From NCBI GenBank assembly GCA_910585045.1, contig CAJUCD010000006.1, forward strand, positions 12,580-76,579: 64,000 nt of DNA, read 5' to 3'. The stretch comes from an uncultured Bacilli bacterium (GTDB taxonomy: Bacteria; Bacillota_I; Bacilli_A; RF39; UBA660). A model generated the notes under the pieces. It was given only the letters and a program-made list of their open reading frames with translations. It had not been told where the DNA came from and ran no database searches. Within the stretch, counting starts at the first letter, position 1. Each line of letters opens with the position of its first letter. Below, piece after piece: positions 19,201 to 28,850 of this stretch. The translations under genes were made by a program, and so were the position numbers.

Positions 19201-19341
19201 AATATTGATGATGAGGCTTATAAAAAACAGTTGGTTGTGTATTTTAATTATGTTAAATCAGTGAGTGATAAAGATGTTAAACTTTATTTGTATTCTATTT
19301 TGGATAATGTAGTTAAGGAAATAGAATATGTTGAGATGTAA
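16264..19341 (+). CDS. addA: ATP-dependent helicase/nuclease AddA (UvrD-like helicase plus RecB nuclease)
   Basis: Walker A SAGAGSGKTAVL, UvrD/Rep motifs (TFTNEAAGEMKNRI, LIDEYQDTN), C-terminal nuclease IIDYK; AGGAGGTG RBS. Confidence 0.85.
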   Translation: MNWTKEQELAINQEGTNIIVSAGAGSGKTAVLSERVLRKVKSGIDIRNILILTFTNEAAGEMKNRIRKKLMKEDLKEQLEYIDAAYITTFDAYALSIVKKYHYLLNISKNISIIDASLIMLEKERVLEEIFLELYDKKDEDFLKLIRDFTNRNDKVIKEAILSINDALDLKYDKKEYLDSYLENFYKDDYINCLFDEYYAYLKNLVTSLENDVYALEGMVDEKLFGKIYDSYSVLFNPKCYNDLYKIKDIPRVQFRNIPEEAISIKESLKANKDEILELTKYSEEELKEQIKSTKTYVKVIIDIILKLDERLNKYKLKNEAFEFCDIAKMAIRVVKEHEDICEELKNTYNEILIDEYQDTNDLQEIFISNIENSNVYMVGDIKQSIYRFRNANPNIFKNKYDNYAKSIGGEKIDLLKNFRSRKEVLDNINKIFELIMTNDIGGVDYQDSHAMVYGNLAYINEGKNDYDNNMEIIKYDNDFKDFSKAEIEAFIIANDVKKKYLNKYQVYDFDLKKNRNIKYSDFCIILDRGSDMPIYKKIFESLNIPMVVYKDSDLVMENDILIIKNIVNLVILIKEKDYGINMRYAFTSVARSFVGNMSDAEIFKCIKSNSFFETEVYRKCFLLADDLDNKTPNILLREIIDIFNFYENFIKVGNVKAGITRLEYLLDLASSIENLGFTILNFRDYLDNIVSNKKEIRYKELNEDSNCVKIMNIHKSKGLEFAICYFAGFKKDFNLRDLNSRFMFDNKYGILTPFYNEGIGTLLTKTLIKQKYYQDEISEKIRLFYVAFTRAKEKIIMVMPDFKNEMVQNNHIDYLTGIKYRSFYDFINSISINLRNYTTTISLDSLNINKDYESVLNTSNLDVTCNDSICFYENEIDSKLIENKHASKIINSVLTREEAKTLEFGTMMHEMLEMTDFKKILITNKYVENLKNNFDFDGAIIYQELEFIYFGEDIEYHGIIDLMLEYDKEIKIIDYKLKNIDDEAYKKQLVVYFNYVKSVSDKDVKLYLYSILDNVVKEIEYVEM

Positions 19342-19418
19342 AATAAATATAAATTTTGGGTATTTAATTGAGTTAAATATAATATTGTGATAATATATTT
19401 ATATAAGGAGGCGATTAT

Positions 19419-19973
19419 ATGCCAGTTTGGTTAATTGTAATTTTAGCAATTATAGTTGTAATTATTTTATGGGTAATAGCTACTTATAATTCACTAATAT
19501 CGCTAAAAAATAGAGTTAAGGATGCATGGAGTCAAATTGATGTTCAACTAAAAAGAAGATTTGATTTAATTCCTAATTTAGTAGAGACTATTAAAGGATA
19601 TACTAAGCATGAAAGTGAAACTTTAGAAAATGTTGTTAAAGCAAGAAATACTTATTTATCTGCAACATTACCTGAGGATCAAATGAAGGCTGATGGGGAA
19701 CTTACACAAGCGATTAATAAATTATTTGCACTTACTGAGTCTTATCCAGATTTAAAAGCTAATACTAATTTTACAGATTTACAAGAACAACTTAAAGAGA
19801 CAGAAAATAAAATTGCTATGTCAAGACAGTTTTATAATGACATTGTAATGCAATATAATAACAAAGTTGAGATGGTGCCATCTAATATTGTAGCAAGCAT
19901 TTTCAAATTTCAAAAACAAGCATTTTTTGAAGCTGTAGAATCTGAAAGAGAAAATGTAAAAGTTAAATTTTAA
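19419..19973 (+). CDS. lemA: LemA family membrane protein
   Basis: N-terminal TM and the family-wide block [41 protein letters not shown]. Confidence 0.85.
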   Translation: MPVWLIVILAIIVVIILWVIATYNSLISLKNRVKDAWSQIDVQLKRRFDLIPNLVETIKGYTKHESETLENVVKARNTYLSATLPEDQMKADGELTQAINKLFALTESYPDLKANTNFTDLQEQLKETENKIAMSRQFYNDIVMQYNNKVEMVPSNIVASIFKFQKQAFFEAVESERENVKVKF

Positions 19974-20000
19974 GACTTACCATTGTAAGTCTTTTTTTGA
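19972..20000 (+). terminator. rho-independent terminator
   Basis: aagacttac-catt-gtaagtctt hairpin followed by TTTTTTT. Confidence 0.6.
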
Positions 20001-20009
20001 AGGTGAGAT

Positions 20010-21896
20010 ATGAAAAAGTTTATTGTAGGAGTATTATTATTTTTAGTAAGTCCTTTTATGGTGGAGGCAGCTGATTATGATATTACTGATTTTGCTGTTA
20101 GAGCGTATATTCAAGATAATGGAGATTTATTAGTTAATGAAATTATAATTCTGGATGGTAGCTTTAATGGGTATGAAAGAGATTTGGATTTTAAGCCTGT
20201 TTTAAGTGATAGATATGAGTCTTCTAATTTTTATCAAGGCAGTGGTATAGATGATTTAACTATTAAAGGAAAATATGTTTCAAAATATAGTGATGATTTA
20301 TTTTTAGATGAAGATTATAATACTTTTGTGGAAGTATCAAATGCCAGTAATGGTGATAAAGCTAAATATGTAAAAAGTAGTTTAAGTTCGGGTTATAGAA
20401 TGAGAATGTATTATAAAGCTAGTAAACAAAAAGTTGCTTTTTATATTAAATATACAATTAGTAATTTAGTAGTTAAACATAATGATGTAGCAGAATTATA
20501 TTATCCTTTTATTGGTGATGCTTTTGAAGATAAAATCAAAAATGTAGATATTAAAGTTTATTTGCCTGATAATGATGAATCATCTTTTCATAGAGTATGG
20601 GCTCATGGGTCTTTAGCAGGTGAAGTAGAAAAAATTAATAATGAAGGTTTGCATGCTTATGCATCAAATATAAACCAAGGCGAAGTATTAGATGTTAGAA
20701 TGACTTTTGATGCTAAATTAGTACCTTATTGTAGTAAAAAAAGTAATCAAGTTTATTTTGATAAAATTATAGATATAGAGACTAAAAGGGCAAATGATGC
20801 TAATCAATTAAGAGAAGAATTGCTTATTAAATATAATATTTATAAGTATGGAACAATTATATTTTATGTGTTGGTTGTAGGATTATGGATTTATACTTAT
20901 TATAAATATGGTAAAAGCCCTAAATCTTTATATTACGCAAAATATAATAGGGAATTTATTGATGATTATAATGTGGAGGTAATAGATTATTTAATGAATA
21001 AAAAAATTACTCCTAATGCAATGAGTGCTTCTATTATGAATTTGATTTATAAGAAAAATATTAGTGTTCAAGAATTGCCAGATTTGAAAAAAAATAAAGA
21101 TTATGAATTTACTTTAGAAAATATGGATAATATTAATGAAAGTGAAAAGATATTAATTGAGTTTTTGTTTGATAAAGTTGGTAAAGGTAAATTAAATAAT
21201 GAAAAGAAAATATTTACTACAAAAGATTTAAAAAAATATGCTGATGGAACAAAAACATGTAATACTTTTATATCAAGTTATACAAAATGGAAAAATAATA
21301 TCATGAGTGTAGCAATGAGAGAGAATTTTTATGAGAAAAGTTTTGTACCTATATTTTTTGGTGTTTTTGTTTTAATATTAGGAGTATTATTATTTATATT
21401 TGGGGTAAATAATGGTTCTGATTTTGTGCCAGGATATTTTATACCAATTGTTTGTATTATTTTTATGTTTTACACTATCTTAGTTGATAAAAAAACTATT
21501 AAAGGAGCAGAACATTATGATAAATGGAAAGCTTTTAAAAATTTCTTAAATGATTTTGGAGCATTTGATTTAAAAGAATTACCTGAAATAGTATTGTGGG
21601 AAAAATATTTAGTATATGCGATAATTTTTGGTTTAGCAAAAACTGTTCAAAAAAGTATGAATGTTAAAATTAAAGAACTTGATATGACAAGTGTAGATTA
21701 TTATCCTTCTTATTTTTACATAGATTTGGGTGGGTCTATTAGTTATTCTATAAATAATGCAATTAGCACTGCATATAGTAGACAGGCGGCTAATTATTCT
21801 AATAGTCACTCTAGTTCATCATCAGGTGGGGGATTTGGTGGTGGCTTCTCTGGTGGCTCTGGATTTTCTGGAGGCGGTGGAGGTCGCGGATTTTAA
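20010..21896 (+). CDS. DUF2207-type membrane protein (usual LemA partner), Gly-rich C-terminus
   Basis: Signal peptide, large extracellular domain, two internal TM segments, GGGFGGGFSGGSGFSGGGGGRGF tail; conserved pairing with lemA. Confidence 0.65.
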   Translation: MKKFIVGVLLFLVSPFMVEAADYDITDFAVRAYIQDNGDLLVNEIIILDGSFNGYERDLDFKPVLSDRYESSNFYQGSGIDDLTIKGKYVSKYSDDLFLDEDYNTFVEVSNASNGDKAKYVKSSLSSGYRMRMYYKASKQKVAFYIKYTISNLVVKHNDVAELYYPFIGDAFEDKIKNVDIKVYLPDNDESSFHRVWAHGSLAGEVEKINNEGLHAYASNINQGEVLDVRMTFDAKLVPYCSKKSNQVYFDKIIDIETKRANDANQLREELLIKYNIYKYGTIIFYVLVVGLWIYTYYKYGKSPKSLYYAKYNREFIDDYNVEVIDYLMNKKITPNAMSASIMNLIYKKNISVQELPDLKKNKDYEFTLENMDNINESEKILIEFLFDKVGKGKLNNEKKIFTTKDLKKYADGTKTCNTFISSYTKWKNNIMSVAMRENFYEKSFVPIFFGVFVLILGVLLFIFGVNNGSDFVPGYFIPIVCIIFMFYTILVDKKTIKGAEHYDKWKAFKNFLNDFGAFDLKELPEIVLWEKYLVYAIIFGLAKTVQKSMNVKIKELDMTSVDYYPSYFYIDLGGSISYSINNAISTAYSRQAANYSNSHSSSSSGGGFGGGFSGGSGFSGGGGGRGF

Positions 21897-21918
21897 AATT
21901 TTAATTAAAAAAAAATCA

Positions 21919-22866
21919 TTAGTTTTCACTAATGGTTTTTAATTCGCTATAAATAGCTCTATTAAATTCATGTTCTTTACTTGTTATATTGCTATCAGCT
22001 AATATTAATTCTTCAGTATTTATAAGAAAATATTTATGATATAAATAATCTTTGCCATCACTACTTACAGGATCATCCCAAGTTAAGTCTAAATGAAGCC
22101 ATTCATTATTTATTTTAACAGCATTCCAAACATGGCCAGCTGGTTCTTTTATGTTTTCATTGGTAGTGGCTATTTTAAAATTATCATAGCCCATATTAGT
22201 TAAGAATATAGCCATTAAATCAGTATAGCCATTACATGTTGCTAAATGATTAAATAAAGTTCCATAAGCACTATAACTCTTAGTTTCTTTATTGTTATTA
22301 ATATCATATTTAGTATTATTTATGATATAATCGTGTATAACTTTTATTTTGTCATAATCATCAGTTAAATCACTTGTTATCATTGAAGAAATAATTTTAT
22401 TTACTTCTTCATTTATTTTAGTTATTTCTTCTTGTTCATATAAATATTTTATTTTTAATGTTACTTCACCAGAATCAGAAATGGTTGTATTTATACTTGT
22501 AAAAGAATTGAAAGGATGAACATAATTATTTAAATGAGTTAAAAGATTGGCATCACTACTAATGTCATTTATATCTTTAAGACAGTTTTTATATTCTTTA
22601 GGGCAATAAAAAGTAAATATATCAGTACCACTATTAATTATAGTATAAATAATATTTAAGTGTTCTTGTTTACTATAAGGTGTAAAATTATTAGTATTAG
22701 ATACAAAAGTATAATTATTATTTTTGTAATATGCATTGTAAGCTTCTATATTATTAATATTAGGATGATTTATAAAAGCAATAATTTTGTCTGTGATGGG
22801 ATCAACATTTAATAAAATTGTTAAAATAGTCATTATACAAAGCATAGGAATAAATAGTTTTTTCAT
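21919..22866 (-). CDS. secreted transglutaminase-like cysteine protease domain protein
   Basis: Signal peptide; Cys-His-Asp core (ATCNGYTDLMA ... AGHVWNAV ... LDLTWDD); AAGGTGAG RBS. Confidence 0.6.
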   Translation of the reverse strand: MKKLFIPMLCIMTILTILLNVDPITDKIIAFINHPNINNIEAYNAYYKNNNYTFVSNTNNFTPYSKQEHLNIIYTIINSGTDIFTFYCPKEYKNCLKDINDISSDANLLTHLNNYVHPFNSFTSINTTISDSGEVTLKIKYLYEQEEITKINEEVNKIISSMITSDLTDDYDKIKVIHDYIINNTKYDINNNKETKSYSAYGTLFNHLATCNGYTDLMAIFLTNMGYDNFKIATTNENIKEPAGHVWNAVKINNEWLHLDLTWDDPVSSDGKDYLYHKYFLINTEELILADSNITSKEHEFNRAIYSELKTISEN

Positions 22867-22916
22867 ATTCTCACCTTTATAAGTATAGCAAAAAAAAAAG
22901 AAGTTCACAATAAATG

Positions 22917-23180
22917 TTACTTCATATTTTTAACTTTATTTGATAATCTTGATTTTTGTCTATCAGATGTGTTACTTTTTATTAAACCTTTGCTAACAGC
23001 TTGGTCTAAATATTTTTGAACATCTTTATATAAAGTATTAGCTTTTTCTGAATCACCATTAGCAATAGCTTTGTCAGTTTCTCTTATTAAATTTTTAACT
23101 CTAGCTTTTAATTCGTGATTATTCTCAGTTTTTTTTGCTATAACCTTTATAGCTTTTTTAGAGCTTTTAATATTTGCCAC
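22917..23180 (-). CDS. rpsT: 30S ribosomal protein S20
   Basis: MANIKSSKKAIKV... and KNLIRETDKAIANGD are typical S20 sequence; 87 aa, basic. Confidence 0.9.
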   Translation of the reverse strand: MANIKSSKKAIKVIAKKTENNHELKARVKNLIRETDKAIANGDSEKANTLYKDVQKYLDQAVSKGLIKSNTSDRQKSRLSNKVKNMK

Positions 23181-23352
23181 TTAAAACACTCCTTCCTTGA
23201 TTTCAGTATCAATTCTATCAAAATATTAGTAGTTTTTCAAGCTTTTTAGGGAATAATTTGACATTTTCTATTTATATGATAGAATATTTTGATAAATTAT
23301 ATTAAAAGCAGAAAAATTTTATGTTTGATTTTTAATATTTTAGGGGTTAAAA

Positions 23353-24078
23353 ATGGGGAATAGATATATTAGTATAGAGTTAAATTTTTTAGATAAAGAA
23401 GCATTTTATAGTTTATTTAAAACAATTTCTGGAATTACTGAAGAACAAAAAAGAGAAATTGTAGATAGTTTATTTCAGGCTTTAGATATTTCAAGACGAA
23501 ATAGATTAGTAAGATATCGAAATGGAGAATTTACTGCTAAGTCAGAAAGTGGTAATAAAGCTCGAAGTGATCAACAAATATTGCAAAAACAATATTTAAG
23601 AGAGATAAAAAAAATTTATGATGGTTATAGTTTTTATGATGCATTTTTAGATTTTCCAGAAGTTAGTATTTATAGGAAAAAGCTTATTATTGATAGTATT
23701 TTGGCTAAATTGTCAGATGAGCAAAGGGATAATGTAATTAGAGCTTTAAAAAAGGAAATTTTAATAAAAGATGTACCAAGTTTAAGAGCTATTTTAAGAA
23801 GGGTTAAAAGTCAATATGAATCTTTAATAAAAAGAAATTTATATGGAAGAAATATTTATAATATTTTACCAGATATAAATGGTATAGGTAATGAAAAGAA
23901 AATGGAGATAGCAGATAAATTGTTTTCTAGATTCTCTTTAGAAAGACAAGAAAATATGTTAAGGCTTTTAGCTTTAGAGATTAATTCTAGTAGTGAAAGT
24001 GGTCATATGGCCTATCAAGATTTGGATATTTATAAAAGGCAATATAATAGATATATAGAAGATAGAATAGTTGGTTGA
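23353..24078 (+). CDS. hypothetical helical protein
   Basis: Long ORF, no recognisable motifs; transcribed divergently from rpsT. Confidence 0.4.
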   Translation: MGNRYISIELNFLDKEAFYSLFKTISGITEEQKREIVDSLFQALDISRRNRLVRYRNGEFTAKSESGNKARSDQQILQKQYLREIKKIYDGYSFYDAFLDFPEVSIYRKKLIIDSILAKLSDEQRDNVIRALKKEILIKDVPSLRAILRRVKSQYESLIKRNLYGRNIYNILPDINGIGNEKKMEIADKLFSRFSLERQENMLRLLALEINSSSESGHMAYQDLDIYKRQYNRYIEDRIVG

Positions 24079-24093
24079 AATAATTTTTGTGAA

Positions 24094-24345
24094 ATGGTAA
24101 ATAGTAATTTTGGTTTAAATCTTGATGCTGCAATGTCTTTTGATAAAATGGATTTATTATGGTCGAGTTTAGAAATTGTAGAAGATAGTTTTAGAAGAAA
24201 TGGTAAAGATAAACGACCAGTATATATTAAGTATATGTATAGAGTTTTAGAGAAAATTATTTTATCTGACCCAGATTTAGATTTACAAAATCTTATTATT
24301 AGATACATAACTGTAACAATAAATTGTGTTGTAAATAGAAGATAG
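24094..24345 (+). CDS. hypothetical protein (83 aa)
   Basis: ORF only. Confidence 0.25.
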   Translation: MVNSNFGLNLDAAMSFDKMDLLWSSLEIVEDSFRRNGKDKRPVYIKYMYRVLEKIILSDPDLDLQNLIIRYITVTINCVVNRR

Positions 24346-24449
24346 ATTCCATTAAGAGAAGAAGTTATTGATGATATTGTAAATGAGATTCATGAAAATC
24401 CTAAAAGGTGATTGTAGGTATATCATTTTAGTTTTTGCTAATACTATAA

Positions 24450-25190
24450 ATGGTGGCAGTTATGAAAAAAGTGTTTATGGATTCGGCAAAAATTATTAAA
24501 GATAATATGATGAAAATTGATGAAAAGAATTACCGGGGATATAATGTTACTCATTTTAAAGTAGATTATTCTAATGAAAAGGTTTTAAAAAGAATAAGGG
24601 GAGATTATTTTTCAATTAATTTTGATTATGTTTCTTTACATAAGCAGGAAAAAATGTTAAAAAAAGAAGTAATGAAAATATTGAAAGTGTTTTTTATGGG
24701 AGAAAGTGCCCAAAAACCGTTAATAGTTGGTTTAGGTAATTCTAGTATTACTTGTGATAGTTTAGGAGTTAATACTACTAATAAGGTGATGGCTACTAAT
24801 CATTTTAATGATTTTTTAAATATTCCAAAAGTAGCCTTGTTTAACCCAGAAGTTACAGAGAAGACAGGAATAAGTTCTTTTAGTTTAATTGAAATGGTTG
24901 TTAAAAAGTTAAATCCTACTATAATTATTATGATAGATTCTTTGGCAACTAATAATGAAATGTATTTAAATAATTGTATTGAAATTAATAATACAGGAAT
25001 TATTCCTGGTAGTGCTATTAAAGAAAATAAAAAAATAGATGCTAAAACTTTTGGAATTCCTGTAATTGCAATAGGAGTTCCTTTAGTAATTGAAAGAAAT
25101 AAGAATCTTTTTACGACACCTAATGTTAAAGAAATAATAGATTTAACAAGTAAAATAATAAGTGATGCTTTAAATGATTTGTTTTTTTAA
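24450..25190 (+). CDS. gpr: germination protease (spore protease GPR), shortened C-terminus
   Basis: PLIVGLGNSSITCDSLG, IDSLA and GIPVIAIGVPLVIE align with GPR catalytic blocks (LIVGLGNWNVTPDALGP ... GVPVIAIGVP); conserved position next to rpsT and spoIIP. Confidence 0.7.
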   Translation: MVAVMKKVFMDSAKIIKDNMMKIDEKNYRGYNVTHFKVDYSNEKVLKRIRGDYFSINFDYVSLHKQEKMLKKEVMKILKVFFMGESAQKPLIVGLGNSSITCDSLGVNTTNKVMATNHFNDFLNIPKVALFNPEVTEKTGISSFSLIEMVVKKLNPTIIIMIDSLATNNEMYLNNCIEINNTGIIPGSAIKENKKIDAKTFGIPVIAIGVPLVIERNKNLFTTPNVKEIIDLTSKIISDALNDLFF

Positions 25191-25300
25191 GTAAATAAAT
25201 TGCATTTTTTTCTGATTAATGATAATATATTTATAGGATTAATTTTCTATATTTCTTTTTAGGATATATATGTAATTGAAATCCAAAAGGAGGTAGGAAA

Positions 25301-25474
25301 ATGCAAGACAAAAAATTAGTTTGTAAAGATTGTGGCGAAGAATTTGAATTTTCAGAAGCAGAACAAAGATTTTATCAAGAACGTAATTTATCAGAACCTA
25401 AGAGATGTAAAGCTTGTCGTGATAAAAAACGTGCTAATAATGAAAAAAATGATAATAAAAAATATGCAGCTTAA
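25301..25474 (+). CDS. 57-aa CxxC...CxxC zinc-ribbon protein
   Basis: AAAGGAGGTAGG RBS; MQDKKLVCKDCGEEF...KRCKACRDKKRANNEK; followed by a terminator. Confidence 0.5.
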   Translation: MQDKKLVCKDCGEEFEFSEAEQRFYQERNLSEPKRCKACRDKKRANNEKNDNKKYAA

Positions 25475-25490
25475 TTAAAGCTGTTTTTTT
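25467..25490 (+). terminator. rho-independent terminator
   Basis: cagctt-aatta-aagctg hairpin followed by TTTTTTT. Confidence 0.55.
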
Positions 25491-25586
25491 GTGCTTTTAA
25501 AAGAGATAAACTAGTTTTAAAATATGAACGACATTCTTTGACATAATTTTAAGGTTTGTTTTTATATAATATTAATGGTGAATGAT

Positions 25587-26516
25587 ATGCGGAGATTTAT
25601 AACTAGAAAAGTTAAGAAAAAAATAAGATATAAGTTTTTTTATAATGTTTGTTTAGTTGGAATACCTTTAATTATTATATCTAATATTTTAATTATGATG
25701 TTTTTTAATATATTTAGTGAAGATTCAGTTTTAGATATATTAGTTAGTAGTTCTTATGGAAATATTTATAATAATAGTAATAATAATTTTTTTTATAAAA
25801 ACTTGTATGGATTTGATTTAAAAAAAGACAAAGCAGTTTTTAGTGAAAGTAATATTAATGATTTATTGCTTGATTTTAAAGAGAATGAGCCTTTAATTTA
25901 TATATACAATACTTTTCAAACTAATAAATATAAAAGTAATTATTATAATTCTTATAATATTAATCCTGTTATAACTCAAGCTAGTAGAATTTTACAAGAA
26001 TATTTAAAATTACAAAAAATTAGTTCATATCTGGAAACAAAAAGTGTTGCTAAAGTATGTAAAGATAATAATATATCTTATGATAAAAGTTATAGATGTT
26101 CTAGAATATTGTTAGAAGAAGCTAAAAATAATAATCATTCATTAGATTTTTTTATAGATTTACAAATGTCTGATTATAATTATGATATTACAACAGCTAA
26201 TATAGATGGTAATAGTTATGCTAAAATTTTATTTGTAGTGGGAACAGATAATGGTAATTATAGTCTAAATCAAGATTTGGCTAATTCTTTAAATGGTATT
26301 TTAGAAGAAAAGTATAAAAGTTTAGTTAGAGGAGTTAGTCTTAGAGGGGGAGAAGGCTATCAGGGAGTTTATAATCAAGATTTTAATAAAAATGTTTTAT
26401 TAATTCAAGTAGGTGGAAAAGATAATACAATAGATGAGGTTAATAGAAGTTTAAAAGCTTTATCAGAAGTATTTTATGAATATTTAAAGGGGGAAAATAA
26501 TAATGAAAATAAGTAA
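25587..26516 (+). CDS. spoIIP: stage II sporulation protein P
   Basis: N-terminal TM; PLIYIYNTFQTN and LIQVGGKDNTIDEV blocks typical of SpoIIP; classic synteny with gpr. Confidence 0.75.
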   Translation: MRRFITRKVKKKIRYKFFYNVCLVGIPLIIISNILIMMFFNIFSEDSVLDILVSSSYGNIYNNSNNNFFYKNLYGFDLKKDKAVFSESNINDLLLDFKENEPLIYIYNTFQTNKYKSNYYNSYNINPVITQASRILQEYLKLQKISSYLETKSVAKVCKDNNISYDKSYRCSRILLEEAKNNNHSLDFFIDLQMSDYNYDITTANIDGNSYAKILFVVGTDNGNYSLNQDLANSLNGILEEKYKSLVRGVSLRGGEGYQGVYNQDFNKNVLLIQVGGKDNTIDEVNRSLKALSEVFYEYLKGENNNENK

Positions 26517-26832
26517 AAAAGGAAAATATTTTTTTAGAATATTGTTTGTATTCTTATTGGTATTTGTAGCTCTTAATATTGCTTATGAAAGTGGGTATTA
26601 TGAAACTAAATCGAAAAATAAAGCAATTCTTACTAAAGATGCTATGATGAGGTTTGAAGAAGATTTAAAAAATGGTCAGATGGTAGATGTTACGAATTAT
26701 TTAGAAGAAGATGATATTGATTATTCTACTAAAGTTAGCAAAATAGGTAATAAATTGTCTAATACTGTTAGTGAATTTATGACTAAAGGTATATCAGGGC
26801 TGTTTGATGCTTTGAAAGGCTTATTTTGGTAA
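26503..26832 (+). CDS. small membrane protein, possibly YqxA-like (DUF3679)
   Basis: N-terminal TM; 109 aa; position after spoIIP matches yqxA in Bacillus. Confidence 0.35.
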   Translation: MKISKKGKYFFRILFVFLLVFVALNIAYESGYYETKSKNKAILTKDAMMRFEEDLKNGQMVDVTNYLEEDDIDYSTKVSKIGNKLSNTVSEFMTKGISGLFDALKGLFW

Positions 26833-26893
26833 TGCGTAAAAAAGTATAGTTTTTTTCTTCAATTACTAGTATAATTAATTAAGAGGTGAGTTT

Positions 26894-27982
26894 ATGCGAA
26901 TAGTTGTTAGTGCTGGTGGTACAGGTGGCCATATTTATCCGGCTCTTGCGATAATTGATAAACTAAAAAAAGAATATAAAGATTTGGAAGTTTTATATAT
27001 TGGGACTAAGTCACGAATGGAAAGTGAAATTGTTCCTAAAAGAGGAATTCCATATGAAGGTATAGAAATTTATGGTTTTAGTAAAAATGTTTTAAAAGAT
27101 ATAAAGAATGTATTTTTAATTTCAAATAGTTATCGTAAATGTATTAAACTAATAAAGGATTTTAAACCTGATTTGGTTTTAGGATTTGGTGGTTATGTTA
27201 CTTATCCTGTTATTAAAGCTGCTAAGAAACTTAAAATAAAAACTTTTTTACATGAGCAAAATAGTTTAGTTGGCAAAACTAATAGATATTTATCTTCTGG
27301 AGTAGATTTGGTAGCAGTTTCTTTTTTATCTACTATTGAACAATTTAAAAAAGCTAAAAAAGTAGTGTATACTGGTAATCCTTGTGGGGGAGCAGCATTA
27401 ACTACTAAAGAAATTAAAAAAAGTGAGATAGGCTTTGATGATAAAAAGAAATTAGTTATAATAGTGGCTGGTTCTTTAGGAAGTAGCACCATGAATGATA
27501 AATTAAAAGATTTTTTACGATTAAGTAAAAAAGAAAATTATCAAATTTTATATATAACTGGTAATAAATATTATGAAGAATTTGTTAAAGATACAAGATT
27601 TTCTAGTAATGTTAAAATTTTGCCTTATTTAGATAATTTATCAGGTTTAATGCGTAATGCAGATTTAGTTATAACAAGAGCAGGAGCTAGCACTATTAGT
27701 GAAATATTAGCTCTTAGTAAGCCCGCTATATTTGTTCCTAGCCCATATGTTGCTAATAATCATCAGTATTATAATGCTAAAGAAATTGTAGATGCAAATG
27801 CAGGTATTATGATAGAAGAAAAAGATTTAAATGGAGAGTATTTATATAAAACGGTTAAAGATGTTTTAAATGATAAAGAAAAGTATGAGATTATGAAAAT
27901 GAATTTGAAAAACTTAGGGAAAACTGATAGTAGTGAGATAATTGCTAAAGAAATTAGGGAGATTCTTCATGAAAGATATTAA
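26894..27982 (+). CDS. murG: UDP-GlcNAc:undecaprenyl-PP-MurNAc-pentapeptide GlcNAc transferase
   Basis: MRIVVSAGGTGGHIYPALAI... and GT28 C-terminal domain. Confidence 0.9.
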   Translation: MRIVVSAGGTGGHIYPALAIIDKLKKEYKDLEVLYIGTKSRMESEIVPKRGIPYEGIEIYGFSKNVLKDIKNVFLISNSYRKCIKLIKDFKPDLVLGFGGYVTYPVIKAAKKLKIKTFLHEQNSLVGKTNRYLSSGVDLVAVSFLSTIEQFKKAKKVVYTGNPCGGAALTTKEIKKSEIGFDDKKKLVIIVAGSLGSSTMNDKLKDFLRLSKKENYQILYITGNKYYEEFVKDTRFSSNVKILPYLDNLSGLMRNADLVITRAGASTISEILALSKPAIFVPSPYVANNHQYYNAKEIVDANAGIMIEEKDLNGEYLYKTVKDVLNDKEKYEIMKMNLKNLGKTDSSEIIAKEIREILHERY

Positions 27983-28847
27983 AGGTATTATTGTTTTAGA
28001 AGAAGCTTCATTGCTTAATAATAATACTTATAAAATTCCTAGTATATGTAAATATTTAATTACAGTTAATGAAATAGATGGTTTGATTGAACTTTTAAAA
28101 TATTTGCGAAATAATAATATCAAGTATTTTATTTTAGGGGCAGGATCTAATGTGGTTTTAGGTGATTATTTTGATGGAGCTGTAATTAAATTAAATGGTT
28201 TAAATTATGTAAATATTAATGATTTAGATGTTGTAGTTGGAGCAGGTACTATGATGGGTAGGCTCACAATGAAAACAGTAGAAGCAAATTTAACTGGTTT
28301 AGAATGGGCAATAAATATTCCAGGAACTGTTGGTGGAAGTATTGTTGGTAATGCAGGTGCCTATAATTCAGAGATGTTTGATTCTTTGGTTAGTATAAAG
28401 GTTTTAAATGATAATTTGGAGATTCAAAGTATAAAAAAAGAAGATTTAATTTATAATTATAGACATACTAATATTAAGGAATTAAAATTAGTTGTTTTAG
28501 AAGGAACTTTTAGACTTGATAAGGGTAATAAAGAAGAATCATTAGAGCTTATTAAAGATAGATGTGAGAGAAGATGTCAATCTCAGCCTCTTGATATGCC
28601 TTCTGCTGGTAGTGTTTTTAGAAATCCAGATGGAGATTATGCAGGGCGTTTAATAGAGCAAGTAGGTCTTAAAGGCAAAACTTTGGGAGGAGCACAGATA
28701 TCTTTAAAACATGCCAATTTTATTGTAAACACAGGTAGTGCTACTAGTAAAGATATTAAAAATTTGATAGAATTAGTACAAAAAGAAGTAAAGGATAAGT
28801 TTGATATAGATTTAATTGTAGAGCAAGAAATTCTAGATTGGAAGTAG
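27969..28847 (+). CDS. murB: UDP-N-acetylenolpyruvoylglucosamine reductase
   Basis: FAD-binding fold, GAGSN, LKGKTLGGAQISLKHANFIVN C-terminal MurB block; overlaps murG. Confidence 0.85.
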   Translation: MKDIKGIIVLEEASLLNNNTYKIPSICKYLITVNEIDGLIELLKYLRNNNIKYFILGAGSNVVLGDYFDGAVIKLNGLNYVNINDLDVVVGAGTMMGRLTMKTVEANLTGLEWAINIPGTVGGSIVGNAGAYNSEMFDSLVSIKVLNDNLEIQSIKKEDLIYNYRHTNIKELKLVVLEGTFRLDKGNKEESLELIKDRCERRCQSQPLDMPSAGSVFRNPDGDYAGRLIEQVGLKGKTLGGAQISLKHANFIVNTGSATSKDIKNLIELVQKEVKDKFDIDLIVEQEILDWK

Positions 28848-28850
28848 AAA

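Noticed and set aside
24030-24308. 92-aa minus-strand ORF overlapping the 83-aa plus ORF
   Set aside because: Neither is convincing. The plus-strand one is kept at low confidence only because of orientation with its neighbours. The minus one lacks an RBS.
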